Below, in pieces: positions 28,771 through 41,111 of a DNA stretch of 64,000 bases. Under the pieces are notes generated by a model. That model did no database searches. It was not told where the DNA came from and was given only the letters and a program-made list of their open reading frames with translations. Source of the DNA: Chrysomallon squamiferum. Taxonomy: Eukaryota; Animalia; Mollusca. Numbering within the stretch: the first letter of the stretch is position 1; each line of letters opens with the position of its first letter. The stretch spans positions 8,866,001-8,930,000 of the forward strand of contig CM022678.1 in the NCBI GenBank assembly GCA_012295275.1, read 5' to 3'. The position numbers and the translations under genes were made by a program.

Positions 28771-29251
28771 GCTGGTGTTCTTAAAAAAAAAAACGTTTCA
28801 TTTTCTGTAATCTAATCATGAACCTTTTTTCAAAACCGCAGGTTGATTTATTGATATGTTGTATGTGTTTTATTATTATGTAGTCTACGGCCTGAGTGTA
28901 AGTAACGTTCAGTTCAGTTCTGTGTGCATTTGTGTTTGTGAAACGTGTCTGTGTGCGTACGTGACTCACTCTTTCATCGATGAATGAATCAATCAATCAA
29001 TGAATAAATATGTATATAGTAAAATATTTATTACGAGATTGTTGTTGTTTTGTTCGATTGTCTTCATTTCCGTATGCGTTATGCGTGTTTAGTGCGTACA
29101 CGGATAGTACGAATGAATGTAGGCGTGTGTGTCTGTCTGTCTGTGTGTCTGAAATCAGTGTCTGTGTCTTCCGTTTTCTGCCTTCCAGCTTGTCTCTTCA
29201 TCTCCTGTCTTTCCTTTGGATCGTCTCATTTTACAGAACCGTATTTTTGTA

Positions 29252-29358
<107 letters not shown>

Positions 29359-29398
29359 AGCGACTGAATAGATGAGAAAACTTATTACTGTTATTATG

Positions 29399-29449
<51 letters not shown>

Positions 29450-29959
29450 GTTATTATTATTTTTATTGTTGTTATTGTTATTATTGTTATTATTGTTATT
29501 ATTATTATTGCAACCGTTGTCAGTTTGAATTGTTGTTGTTCTTATTTTATTATTATTATTATTATTATTATTGCTTTGTTATATTTATTATTATTATTAT
29601 TATATTATTATTGCTATTTTATTTTTTTTGTTGTTGTTGTTGTTGTTGTTGTTATTATTATTATTATTATTATAAAAAGGTCAAATATTAAATCAGTCTT
29701 TTTTGTGTTTTAACTGAAATGTTACATTGTCACTAATATTAATACTAATACTAATACTACTAATACAAATAAAAATAATTACAGACTGTAAAATTATCAG
29801 CTAAAAAAATAAAACGGATAAAACATACTCGTATTTTATTTTCTGAGTGTTTAGCACGGGTTACACTGGTAAATAATTTTAGAAACAAAACGTTTCCCTC
29901 TCTGTCATTTTGCAGCTGTGTTTTTCTTATTAGTGTTATGTGCAGTCGTCATAGCAGTC

Positions 29960-30004
<45 letters not shown>

Positions 30005-30244
30005 TTGGTAATAAACAGCAAAAATAGCATTCGCAATATTGGTACAAGTAGTAGTTGTAGTAGTTGTAGTAATAGTATTAGTGGCTGTAATAGTAATGGT
30101 GGTTACAGTAGCAGTAGTTGTGGTGGGTATTGGAAACAACAGTCGTTGTGGTAGTCATAATGTTATTGGGGTGATCGTTATCGTAGTCGATGCAAGTAGA
30201 TGCAATATTGGTGATTATGTTACTAATAATACTTCATACATACA

Positions 30245-30278
<34 letters not shown>

Positions 30279-30529
30279 CATTGAGACACGCACATACTCG
30301 CATACACAGAGAGAGGTGTGTACCCCATAAACACATACAATGATGTATATACAAATTATACATCGCTCACACATAAAAACACACGTTTTTTTGACAGTTG
30401 CTTTTTCTCAAAGTACTAAAGTGTTTCACTGTGCATTAAAGATGTAAGAAACAAAGTCATATTTTGTTAGCGTCAAATCAGTCTTAGCACATTGTGTAAG
30501 TTCATTGACGAAAGATTTCATCAATGTGA

Positions 30530-31312
30530 ATGACGCGGTATTTAGTGTTAACATTTAGTATTATGTGTGCGTGTCTATGTAAGTGTATTTTGTATTCAGA
30601 TACCCAGTCTGATGATCTTCCAGACGACACAGAACGTAGACCATACTGTCGTAGACCACACTGTCATAGACCACACTGTGATAGACCACACTGTGATAGA
30701 CCACACTGTCATAGACCACACTATCGTAGACCACACTGTCATAGACCACACTGTCGTAGACCACACTGTGATAGACCACACTGTCATAGACCACACTGTC
30801 ATAGACCACACTGTGATAGACCACACTGTCATAGACCACACTGTCATAGACCACACTATCGTAGACCACACTGTCATAGACCACACTGTCATAGACCACA
30901 CTGTCATAGACCACACTGTCATTGACCACACTGTCATAGACCACACTGTCATAGACCACACTGTCATAGCCGTAATACAGCATTAAATCCTCCTAAACAT
31001 CTCCCCGATAATGAGAACCAGTTTTGTAAATGTAAGTGAGAATGTTGATCAGTTCTCCCATTCCATTTACTTGTGGTCCTTTTACTGAGACAGAGCAGGA
31101 TGTGAATATATAAATATATATATTTGTCTGTGTTTGTGTGTTATTATCTTTGTAAACAATAAATGTTGTGAGCTGATATTATTCTATTGTAAAAATAATA
31201 TTTAAGCGCATTTTAGCTATTTTCTCACAGTAGTCTAAGAATGATAGAAGACACTCAGAACAGTTCTAATGAAACTGGAATTAATAAAACTGATGGTTTA
31301 GGAGGAGGGTAA
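30530..31312 (+). CDS. Candidate secreted His/Cys-repeat precursor. ORF 30530-30925; same frame continues to a donor at 31036 and a possible last exon 31231-31312
   Basis: MTRYLVLTFSIMCACLCKCILYS (hydrophobic), DTQSDDLPDDTE (acidic), RR, then (RPHC[H/D/R])n. In-frame TGA at 30923. Downstream exon SLRMIEDTQNSSNETGINKTDGLGGG* has three N-x-S/T sequons. No known homologue recognised. Confidence 0.35.
30635..30968 (+). repeat. 15-bp minisatellite, ~22 copies (catagaccacactgt)
   Basis: Direct inspection. Confidence 0.95.
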
Positions 31313-31442
31313 CAGTTCAAACTGACTCGGGCTCTGTAAGCCCACGGTACGTCTTGTAGATTACGAAAGACATATTTATAAAAATCCCCTGTCTCTTGTA
31401 CGTACATCGTGTTTATCGTCTAGCTTTTAATAATATATTAAA

Positions 31443-31923
31443 GAGGAAGCTAATAAAGTATTAAAAATTACATGATTCTAGTGCTAGTATTTAATAGTAC
31501 CCAGTTTAATTACCTCTCTAGAAACTAAGAGAATAGCGTCAAACATACATAGGAAGATAATAAAGTGTTAAATATTACATAGTACATGATTCTAGTGCTA
31601 GTATTTAATAGTACCCAGTTTAATTACCTCTCTACAAACTAAGAGAATAGCGTCAAACATACATAGGAAGATAATAAAGTGTTAAATATTACATAGTACA
31701 TGATTCTAGTGCTAGTATTTAATAGTACCCAGTTTAATTACCTCTCTACAAACTAAGAGAATAGCGTCAAACATACATAGGAAGATAATAAAGTGTTAAA
31801 TATTACATAGTACATGATTCTAGTGCTAGTATTTAATAGTACCCAGTTTAATTACCTCTCTACAAACTAAGAGAATAGCGTCAAACATACATAGGAAGAT
31901 AATAAAGTGTTAAAAATTACACC
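31443..31923 (+). repeat. 114-bp tandem array running into the gap
   Basis: aggaagataataaagtgttaaa at 31551, 31665, 31779, 31893. Confidence 0.9.
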
Positions 31924-32123
31924 NNNNNNNNNNNNNNNNNNNNNNNNNNNNNNNNNNNNNNNNNNNNNNNNNNNNNNNNNNNNNNNNNNNNNNNNNNNNN
32001 NNNNNNNNNNNNNNNNNNNNNNNNNNNNNNNNNNNNNNNNNNNNNNNNNNNNNNNNNNNNNNNNNNNNNNNNNNNNNNNNNNNNNNNNNNNNNNNNNNNN
32101 NNNNNNNNNNNNNNNNNNNNNNN
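31924..32123. other. Assembly gap (200 N)
   Basis: Fixed-length N run, typical of a scaffolding join. Confidence 0.99.
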
Positions 32124-33853
32124 CAGACAAACACACATACACACACGTACACACATAATCACAAAACACAAACACATACACACATACATACACATACATA
32201 AATACAAAAACACAAACACATATACACATACATACACACTCATACACATACACACATACACATACACACATAGACATACATACACACATATACACATACA
32301 CACAGACACACACATATACACAAACACATTAACACAGATACATACACACACATAAATACACAGACGCACACAGATATACACATACATATACACACGTACA
32401 CATATATAACACACATACATGCACACATACAAACACATAGACACACATGCACACACACATACACTCACATACAAACACATTGATACACATACGTATACAC
32501 ACACATACACATACATACACACATACACACATATACACATACATACACTTATTCACAGACAAACATACACACATACACATGCATACACACATTGATACAC
32601 ATAAACATAAACACACATACAAACATACATACAGGTACACATACATACACACAAACACACAAACACATACATACACACATATAGACACACATACATACAG
32701 ACATGCACACACATACACATACACACATACACACATAGAGACATATACACATACCCACGCACAAACATACACACATACACACATATTGAAACACATAAAC
32801 ATACACACACAAACATACATACAGGTACACATGAACACACAAAAACACATACCCATACATACACATACATACACAGACTCACACACTGATACACATAATG
32901 GTGATAAAGATAAAACACGCACGAAGTATACTTACATAGATACACACACAGTTATGCACATTAATACATACAAAAGAGATAAAGATAAAACACGCACGAA
33001 ATATAATTATATAGATACACACACAGACGCTGATACACATAAAGGAGATAAAGATAAAACAAGCACGAAGGATGCTTATATACATGAAGCATTGCTAGTA
33101 ACATAACCACCAATATTGCATCTACTAGCACACTATGATAACGATCACCTCAATAACAATATGACTACCACAACGACTGTTGTTTCCAATACCCACCACA
33201 ACTACTGCTACTGTAACCACCATTACTATTACAGCCACTAATACTATTACTACAACTGCTAATACTGCTACTACTTGTACCAATATTGCGAATGCTATTT
33301 TTGCTGTTTATTACCAATACTATTATTACTACTACTACTACTACTACTACTCCTACTACTACTACTGCTACTACGACTGCTATGACGACTGCACATAACA
33401 CTAATAAGAAAAACACAGCTGTAAAATGATACAGAGGGAAACGTTTTGTTTCTAAAATTATTTACCAGTGTAACCCGTGCTAAACACTCAGAAAATAAAA
33501 TACGAGTATGCTTTATCCCTTTTATGTTTTTAGCTAATAATTTTACAGTCTGTAATTATTTTTATTTTTATTAGTAGTATTAGCATTAATATTAGTGACA
33601 CAATGTAACATTTCAGTTAAAACACATTTTTGTATTTTTCAACAGAAAGACTGATTTAATATTTGACCTTTTAATAATAATAATAATAATAACAACAACA
33701 ACAACAACAACAATAATATAATTAAAAAAGCAATAGTAAAAATAATAACAGCAATAATAATAACAATAATAAAAACACAACAATAATAATAGAATAGCAA
33801 TAATAATATAATAATAATAATAATAAATATAACAAAGCAACAATAATAATAAC

Positions 33854-33905
<52 letters not shown>

Positions 33906-34490
33906 GTAATAAGTTTGCTCATCTGTTCAGTCGCTATCAATGTCTGTCACGTACAAAACTCTTGAAAGACTGAACTGCTTGGTATCGTGTAATGGTTTAT
34001 GGTAAAAACGGCTTGAAATTTTTTTATTACATTATTTAGTATTAAATATTATTATTGTTAGTAACAGTAATAATAGTATGAGCAGTAGTAGTAGAAGTAG
34101 TAATAGTATAAATTGTATCAGTGGCAGCGGTAATAGTAGTAGTAGTAATAGTAGCAGTAGTATAGTAGTAGTAGTAGTTGTTGTAGTAATAATAGTAGTA
34201 GTAGTAGTATACATTGTAGCAGTAGTAGCGTTAATAGTAGTAGTAATAGTAGAAGTAGTATAGTACTAGTAGTAGTAGATGAAGCAGTAGTAGCAGTAGT
34301 AGTAGTAGTATTATAAATTGTAGCAGTAGTAGCGGTAATAGTAGTAGTAATAGTAGATGTAGTATAGTAGTAGTAGTAATTGAAGCAGTAGTAGCAGTAG
34401 TAGTAGTTGTAGTATAAATTGTAGCAGTGGCAGCGGTGGTTATAAACACGGTCAGCTAGGAATACAAATTTGAAAATAACAATGAAGACA

Positions 34491-34630
<140 letters not shown>

Positions 34631-35099
34631 ACAAAAATACGGTTCTGTAAAATGAGACAATCCAAAGGAAAGACAGGAGATGAAGAAACAAGCTGGAAGA
34701 CAGAAAACGGAAGACACAGACACTTATTTCAGACATACAGACATACAGACACACACGCCAACATTCATTCGTACTATCCGTGTACGTATTAAACACGCAT
34801 AACGCATACGGAAATGAAGACAATCAAACAAAACAACAAGAATCTCGTAATAAATATTTTACTATATATGTATTTATTCGTTGATTGATTCATTCATCGA
34901 TGAAAGAGTCAGTCACGTACGCACACAGACACGTTTCACAAACACAAATGCACACTGAACTGAACTGAACGTTACTTACACTCAGGCCGTAGACTACATA
35001 ATAATAAAATACACACAATATATCACTAAATCAACCTGCAGTTTTGAGAAAAGGTTCATGATTAGATTACAGAAAATGTAACGTTTTTATATAGAACAC

Positions 35100-35435
35100 C
35101 AGCTTTTTTGAGAGTTAAATAATTTACAAAACTTATAAATACTTGGTTTAGATTGACCGAAAAACGGTTACTTTGATTCTTCAAAAAAGAAAACAAAACA
35201 AAAAACAAACTTACATGTAAATATATAGTGAAACTCATTTCCGATGTCATAGTTATTACACAATGGACATATTCTATTTTCCAATGGTGTGATTTTTACA
35301 TCTTCCCGCTTCAATAGGAAGATTATGATTTGGAAGTTTAAACCGCAACAGTGGGTAGCAGTATTTTCTGTCTGTAAGTTTGAAATATGTCTGGAATGTG
35401 AAATTGTGTTTAAATTGTCTATAATGTGAAGCTTT
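35100..35435 (-). mobile_element. LINE ORF2 3' end fragment (copy of 28440-28770)
   Basis: ORF 35274-35636: ...LLRFKLPNHNLPIEAGRCKN. Confidence 0.7.
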
Positions 35436-35849
35436 GTACGAACACACTGACAGAGAGCAACACACTAATGTCCTGACCTGTCCAGTCACAGTAAGACCAG
35501 CCCTGTCTTTTATTTCCTGCTGACAACACAACAGCATCAACTGTTCCACCAACTCTTGACCAGTGGTCATCCTGGCCAGCAGTGACCTAGATTGCGGCCG
35601 ACAACAGCATCTGCCAGATCGGGAAAAAAGTGACATTCAATTGATGTACTGATCTGTTGCTGCAATATTTGACTAAGATTCTGCTCAAACAAAATTAGAT
35701 GGAAGAAAATTAAGCAATAACTGTTATGCAGTGAAGCAAAATCGAAACAGTATAATTAAAAATGTTTGTAGACAGGAAAGAATACATATCTGCTGTTATT
35801 ATGTATTTCCAGTGAAAGTCTGTACACACACAAATATTTTATTGAATAC

Positions 35850-36085
35850 GTATAAGTAGAAAATAATCCAGGCGATCTCTGTTGCCGTATTCTGTGACCA
35901 GAGTCTCAAGCCGCAAATTTAATGTTTGGTCGCTTCAAAAAACTTGTTAAGGACTCAGACTATACATTTGACAGTTAAAACAGTGGGGAAATGACCTATG
36001 GGGAAATCATTTGGTGAAGGACCGGGGAAATTGACTGGGGGAATATATCCGATGGGGAATATCAGGGGGGAATGCTCGGAAACCC
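35850..36085 (-). mobile_element. MULE-like remnant (copy of 27543-28030 with internal deletion)
   Basis: G-rich ggggaaatgacc/ggggaatatc repeats and ccaggcgatctctgttgccgtattc. Confidence 0.55.
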
Positions 36086-36794
36086 TTGTAAACAAGGTTG
36101 ATACCACAAGCTACTCAGTGGTAAATAATACTGATGCATGCAATCCTAAAGAAACAGTAATTCCTCAGCTTCTACTGAAGTCTTATCGTGCCGTAAAAAA
36201 ACAAAAACAACAACAACAAAACAAACTTAACCTGAAAACTGTTATTTAAAACAAAGCAGTTGAAATAAACATTGCCAGAATCAATTCTTGCACCAGTGTT
36301 GAGTTTTGTATGTATGTGTTTGTGTGTTTGTATTATGTATGTATGTATTTGAGTATGTCTGTATTTATGTGTATGTTTTATTTGTATTATGTGTGTATAT
36401 ATTTTTTTATGTCTGTATTCATGTGTATCTTCTGTGTGTGCGTATTATGTGCGTATTTGTGTATTATGTGTGTATGTATTTGTGTATGTCTGTATGTATG
36501 TGTATCTTATGTGTGTTTGTTTTGTGTGCGTATTATGTGTGTATGTATTTGTGTATGTCTGTATGTATGTGTTTCTTATGTGTGTTTGTATTGTGTGCGT
36601 ATTATGTGTGTATGTATTTGTGTATGTCTGTACGTGTGTGCGTGTAGTGAGTGTATTATACCAGTGTTTAATAAATTACAGGGACAGGTACATGCGCGCG
36701 CAAACATAAATAAATAAATAAAAATAAAACACCCGTAATGTGAACTTTCTGTTTCAAACTGATTTAGTCTCAAATGTAACTTTCTTATTTTATT

Positions 36795-37512
36795 GTTTGT
36801 GTTTGGATGTTTAGTGTTTTATGTGATCTGTTGTTAAGTTGTTTGTTTGTTTGTGTTTAGATGTTTAGTGTTGTATGTGATCTGTTGTTAACTTGTTTGT
36901 GTTTGTTTGGATGTTTAGTGTTTTATGTGATCTGTTGTTAAGTTGTTTGTGTTTGGATGTTTAGTGTTTTATGTGATCTGTTGTTAAGTTGTTTGTTTGT
37001 GTTTGGATGTTTTGTGTTTTATGTGATCTGTTGTTAAGTTGTTTGTGTTTGGATGTTTAGTGTTTTATGTGGTCTGTTGTTAAGTTGTTTGTGTTTGGAT
37101 GTTTAGTGTTTTATGTGATCTGTTGTTAAGTTGTTTGTTTGTGTTTGGATGTTTAGTGTTTTATGTGATCTGTTGTTAAGTTGTTTGTTTGTTTTTGGAT
37201 GTTTTGTGTTTTATGTGATCTGTTGTTAAGTTGTTTGTGTTTGGATGTTTAGTGTTGTATGTGATCTGTTGTTAAGTTGTTTGTGTTTGGATGTTTAGTG
37301 TTTTATGTGGTCTGTTGTTAAGTTGTTTGTGTTTAGATGTTTAGTGTTTTATGTGATCTGTTGTTAAGTTGTTTGTGTTTAGATGTTTAGTGTTTTATGT
37401 GATCTGTTGTTAAGTTGTTTGTGTTTGGATGTTTAGTGTTTTATGTGATCTGTTGTTAAGTTGTTTGTGTTTGGATGTTTAGTGTTTTATGTGATCTGTT
37501 GTTAAGTTGTTT
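36795..37512 (+). repeat. 46-50-bp minisatellite, ~15 copies
   Basis: gtttggatgtttagtgttttatgtgatctgttgttaagttgtttgt. Confidence 0.9.
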
Positions 37513-37549
37513 GATGAGTTGTCCTTCCTTCCAGACCACATAGAAACTT

Positions 37550-37830
37550 AGTTGTTAGTTACTTATTAAATTGTTGTTGTTAGTTACTTATTAAATTGTT
37601 GTTGTTAGTTACTTGTTAAATTGTTGTTGTTAGTTACTTATTAAATTGTTGTTGTTAGTTACTTATTAAATTGTTGTTGTTAGTTACTTATTAAATTGTT
37701 GTTGTTAGTTACTTATTAAATTGTTATTGTTAGTTACTTGTTAAATTATTGTTGTTAGTTACTTGTTAAATTGTTGTTGTTATTTACTAATTAAATTGTT
37801 GTTGTTAGTTACTTGTTAAATTGTTGTTTA
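37550..37830 (+). repeat. 25-bp minisatellite, ~11 copies
   Basis: ttagttacttattaaattgttgttg. Confidence 0.9.
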
Positions 37831-37899
37831 AGAGTTTGTTTAGGTGTGTGTTTACCAGTGTGTTAAGAGTTTTACACGTGTATGATGTGTTGTTATTTA

Positions 37900-38330
37900 C
37901 TTATTAAATTGTTGTTTAAGAGTTTGTTTAGGTGTTTGTTGACCAGTCTGTTTTACGCAAGTCTGATGTTCTGGGTCTGTAGTTGGTTGGTAGTGAATGG
38001 TATTTGTATGGATTAGGTAGACCAGAGCATTCTCTGTGTTTCCTGTTGACAAAGTTGTATTAAAGATATCAGTTCTGGCAGATTTTTTATTTTAATAATT
38101 TTGTAAAATCCCTCCCAGTCTGCTTTGGTGAAATTCTATTTGTGTGTGAAAATGTAGTTGTTGGAGAAGTTGTAGTTGGTGAGTATTCAAATTACGTGGG
38201 TCTCCCCATTGACTCAGTGCTGTGAAGTGTTTGTTGTGTGAACAAGTCATGGTTAATATTTCAGTGTTAACTTGGACTTTGTCATGAGTCAGCTTAGTAT
38301 GTCCTGCACATGTATACTGTTGGTGCTACG
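37900..38330 (-). mobile_element. Probable LINE fragment (post-endonuclease region)
   Basis: Reverse strand NFTKADWEDFTK, like the NxxKADW motif after the APE domain in I/Jockey/CR1-group ORF2; strongly C/A-biased strand. Confidence 0.45.
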
Positions 38331-39034
38331 TGGTGTCAGTGTTGTTTTATGTCGTATTTTTATTACTTATTACAGTGTTTGTTTTTATCTCAAGTTTGTG
38401 ACGTTTTCGTGTAGCTGTTTCAATGATGTTTTGTCTGTTCTCGTCAAACACCAGCTGCTCTGGAAGAAGTCTTTGTTGGCTGCCTAGTCTGGCAAACGAC
38501 GGTTTCCTCAGGTGAAACAGACGTGGAGGAAAAGTTTGCATGTTTCAGTGGATCGCCTGGTCAGAACAAGCGCTCAAGCATAATGAAACCACCAAGGTAA
38601 TGTATTCTTTATTCATAAACCGTTTTCGTTTTGAAATCAGGACCAGGAACTGTGTTTTTACACTGCAGACTCTTCATTTAGCCACTGCTGCTGTTTTTTG
38701 TTTCAGATTCTTGGAAGATTACAGAGATGTGTGGCTTAGGTCCTCGACTTGCTGCAGGCAGAGAAACTGCACGTGGGATATCAACACTGACCGTCCTGCA
38801 GGAGAAGCTGTGAGCAAGGTACGAGTCTATCCAGACCTACAGGAGAAGTTGTGAGCAATGAATTTTCAATACTCATAAAAAACTGAGATTTTCAGTACAG
38901 TGTAATTTCTTAACATTTTGATAAAATGATTTGTTTGCAGGTCTGAGACTGATCAAGCAGTGACTGACAGAAAACAACAACAGAAGAAGACAGGTGACAA
39001 GTTCTTTGTCAACAACTACCAAACTCAAATACCT

Positions 39035-39837
39035 CTCAGACGTGTCAATGAGTATATGTTGAGTACATCTGCACAGACGTCTTACTGAGTGTCTTTTGAG
39101 TACTTCTACAGAGACATGTCTCACTGAGTATATGCTGAGTACATCTACAGAGACACATCTCACTGAGTATATGCTGAGTACGTCTACAGAGACTTCTCAC
39201 TGAGTATCTGTTGAGTCCGTCTACAGACACGTCTCACTGAGTGTATGTTCAGTAAATCTACAGAGACACGTCTCACTGAGTGTCTGTTGAGTACATCTAC
39301 ACAGACGTCTTACTGAGTGTCTTTTGAGTACGTCTACAGAGACACGTCTCACTGAGTATATGTTGAGTACATCTACAGAGACACATCTCACTGAGTATAT
39401 GTTGAGTAGATGTAAAGGGACACGTCTCACTGAGTATATGTTGAGTACATCTACAAGGACACGTCTCACTGAGTGTCTGTTGAGTACATCTACAGAGACA
39501 CGTCTCACTGAGTGTCTGTTGAGTACGTCTACAGAGACACGTCTCACTGAGTGTCTGTTGAGTACATCTACAGAGACACGTCTCACTGAGTGTCTGTTGA
39601 GTACATCTACAGACACGTCTCACTGAGTATATGTTGAGTACATCTACAGGGACACGTCTCACTAAGTGTCTGTTGAGTACATCTAGACACTTCTCACTGA
39701 GTGTCTGTTGAGTACATCTACAGGGATACGTCTCACTAAGTGTCTGTTGAGTACATCTAGACACTTCTCACTGAGTGTCTGTTGAGTACATCTACAGAGA
39801 CACGTCTCACTGAGTACATGTTGAGCACATCTACAGA
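39035..39837 (+). repeat. 39-bp self-complementary minisatellite, ~20 copies
   Basis: gagacacgtctcactgagtgtctgttgagtacatctaca (13-aa ORF period). Confidence 0.92.
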
Positions 39838-40986
39838 AGTGAAAACATGTCCACTCATCAAGTCAGTGTTTGGTACGGCTTGATTAGAAGTTCAGAAAAT
39901 ACAACAACTTGATGTTTTCAGTAGTGTACATGCATTTATAGTGTGTTTTATATCACTGACAAAAATATTTAAAATTTGAATGTCTCTTCCGTTACAACTG
40001 GTCAAAGTTTAATATCACTGAATTTAACCACACAAAACTTTTCTTAATATTCATTTTAGAATCCAACGATGCCTCTGAGTTTTAAACATAACAGTAATAT
40101 TTATTTAACACTTAGAATAAAGAATTTTGTTAGAAAAAGTATTTTTAGGTATCAGTGATAATACTATTTTATTTGATTATTTACAAAGAATAATATTAAT
40201 ATTATACATCTAATATATATATAATTAAATAATATTTTACAATTACTAAAATAATTTATTATTAAAGACTTTTAGATACGTTTTTAATAACTGTCTAACT
40301 TTATGGATAACAATGATAGTCATTATTATATCAAAATAAATAAATAAAAATATATTTGAAACACAAAACTTATTAATTAATAAATTATCAATTTTAAACA
40401 AAAATTATCACTTTTAAACAAAAATCTCTTTCTGATATTATTAGAGCGTTTAAACTGCTCCAGATAATGCATGGTTTTAATTAGTTTATATAAAAAAGTA
40501 TTATTCTCAGTAATCAATCAATTTATTTTTTAATAGTAACCGTCAAATAAACACTACAGAAAAATGTATAAGAAAAATGAATTAAGGAATGTTACACTGA
40601 AAGAGATTAAAAATATTTAAAAATGTGTTTTTAAAGGCACTACAATGTCCTGTTAGTAATAATTCTAATCTATATCACCCTCTGATGATCTGTTACTTAG
40701 TAACAGTGAAAACGTTTTTGTTTTTTTAAAGTGATATTTTTGACTTCTAATATTTAAGGGGACATGCTTGGTAAAACATCAAACAGTTTGAATAAACAAA
40801 ATTCCTTTTTGTTTTTTCTTGGTTTTGTTTTTTAGTTTTTCGCAACAATTCCGAAAATTTATATCTGCAGTTACGTGTTTCACTGCAAAGATCAACATGA
40901 ATGAAAAACTTTATTTTGTATTAAAAAAATACTATTTATTTTGAAGTATATATATATAAATACATACATACATACATACACACACA

Positions 40987-41022
<36 letters not shown>

Positions 41023-41025
41023 TAC

Positions 41026-41111
<86 letters not shown>

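Noticed and set aside
30923-30925. Selenocysteine readthrough of the TGA in the Cys-rich repeat
   Set aside because: The TGA replaces an Arg codon (AGA), not Cys, and no SECIS was recognised.
39035-39837. CRISPR-like appearance of palindromic 25-48-bp repeats
   Set aside because: Units are head-to-tail with no unique spacers, there are no cas genes, and the context is eukaryotic.
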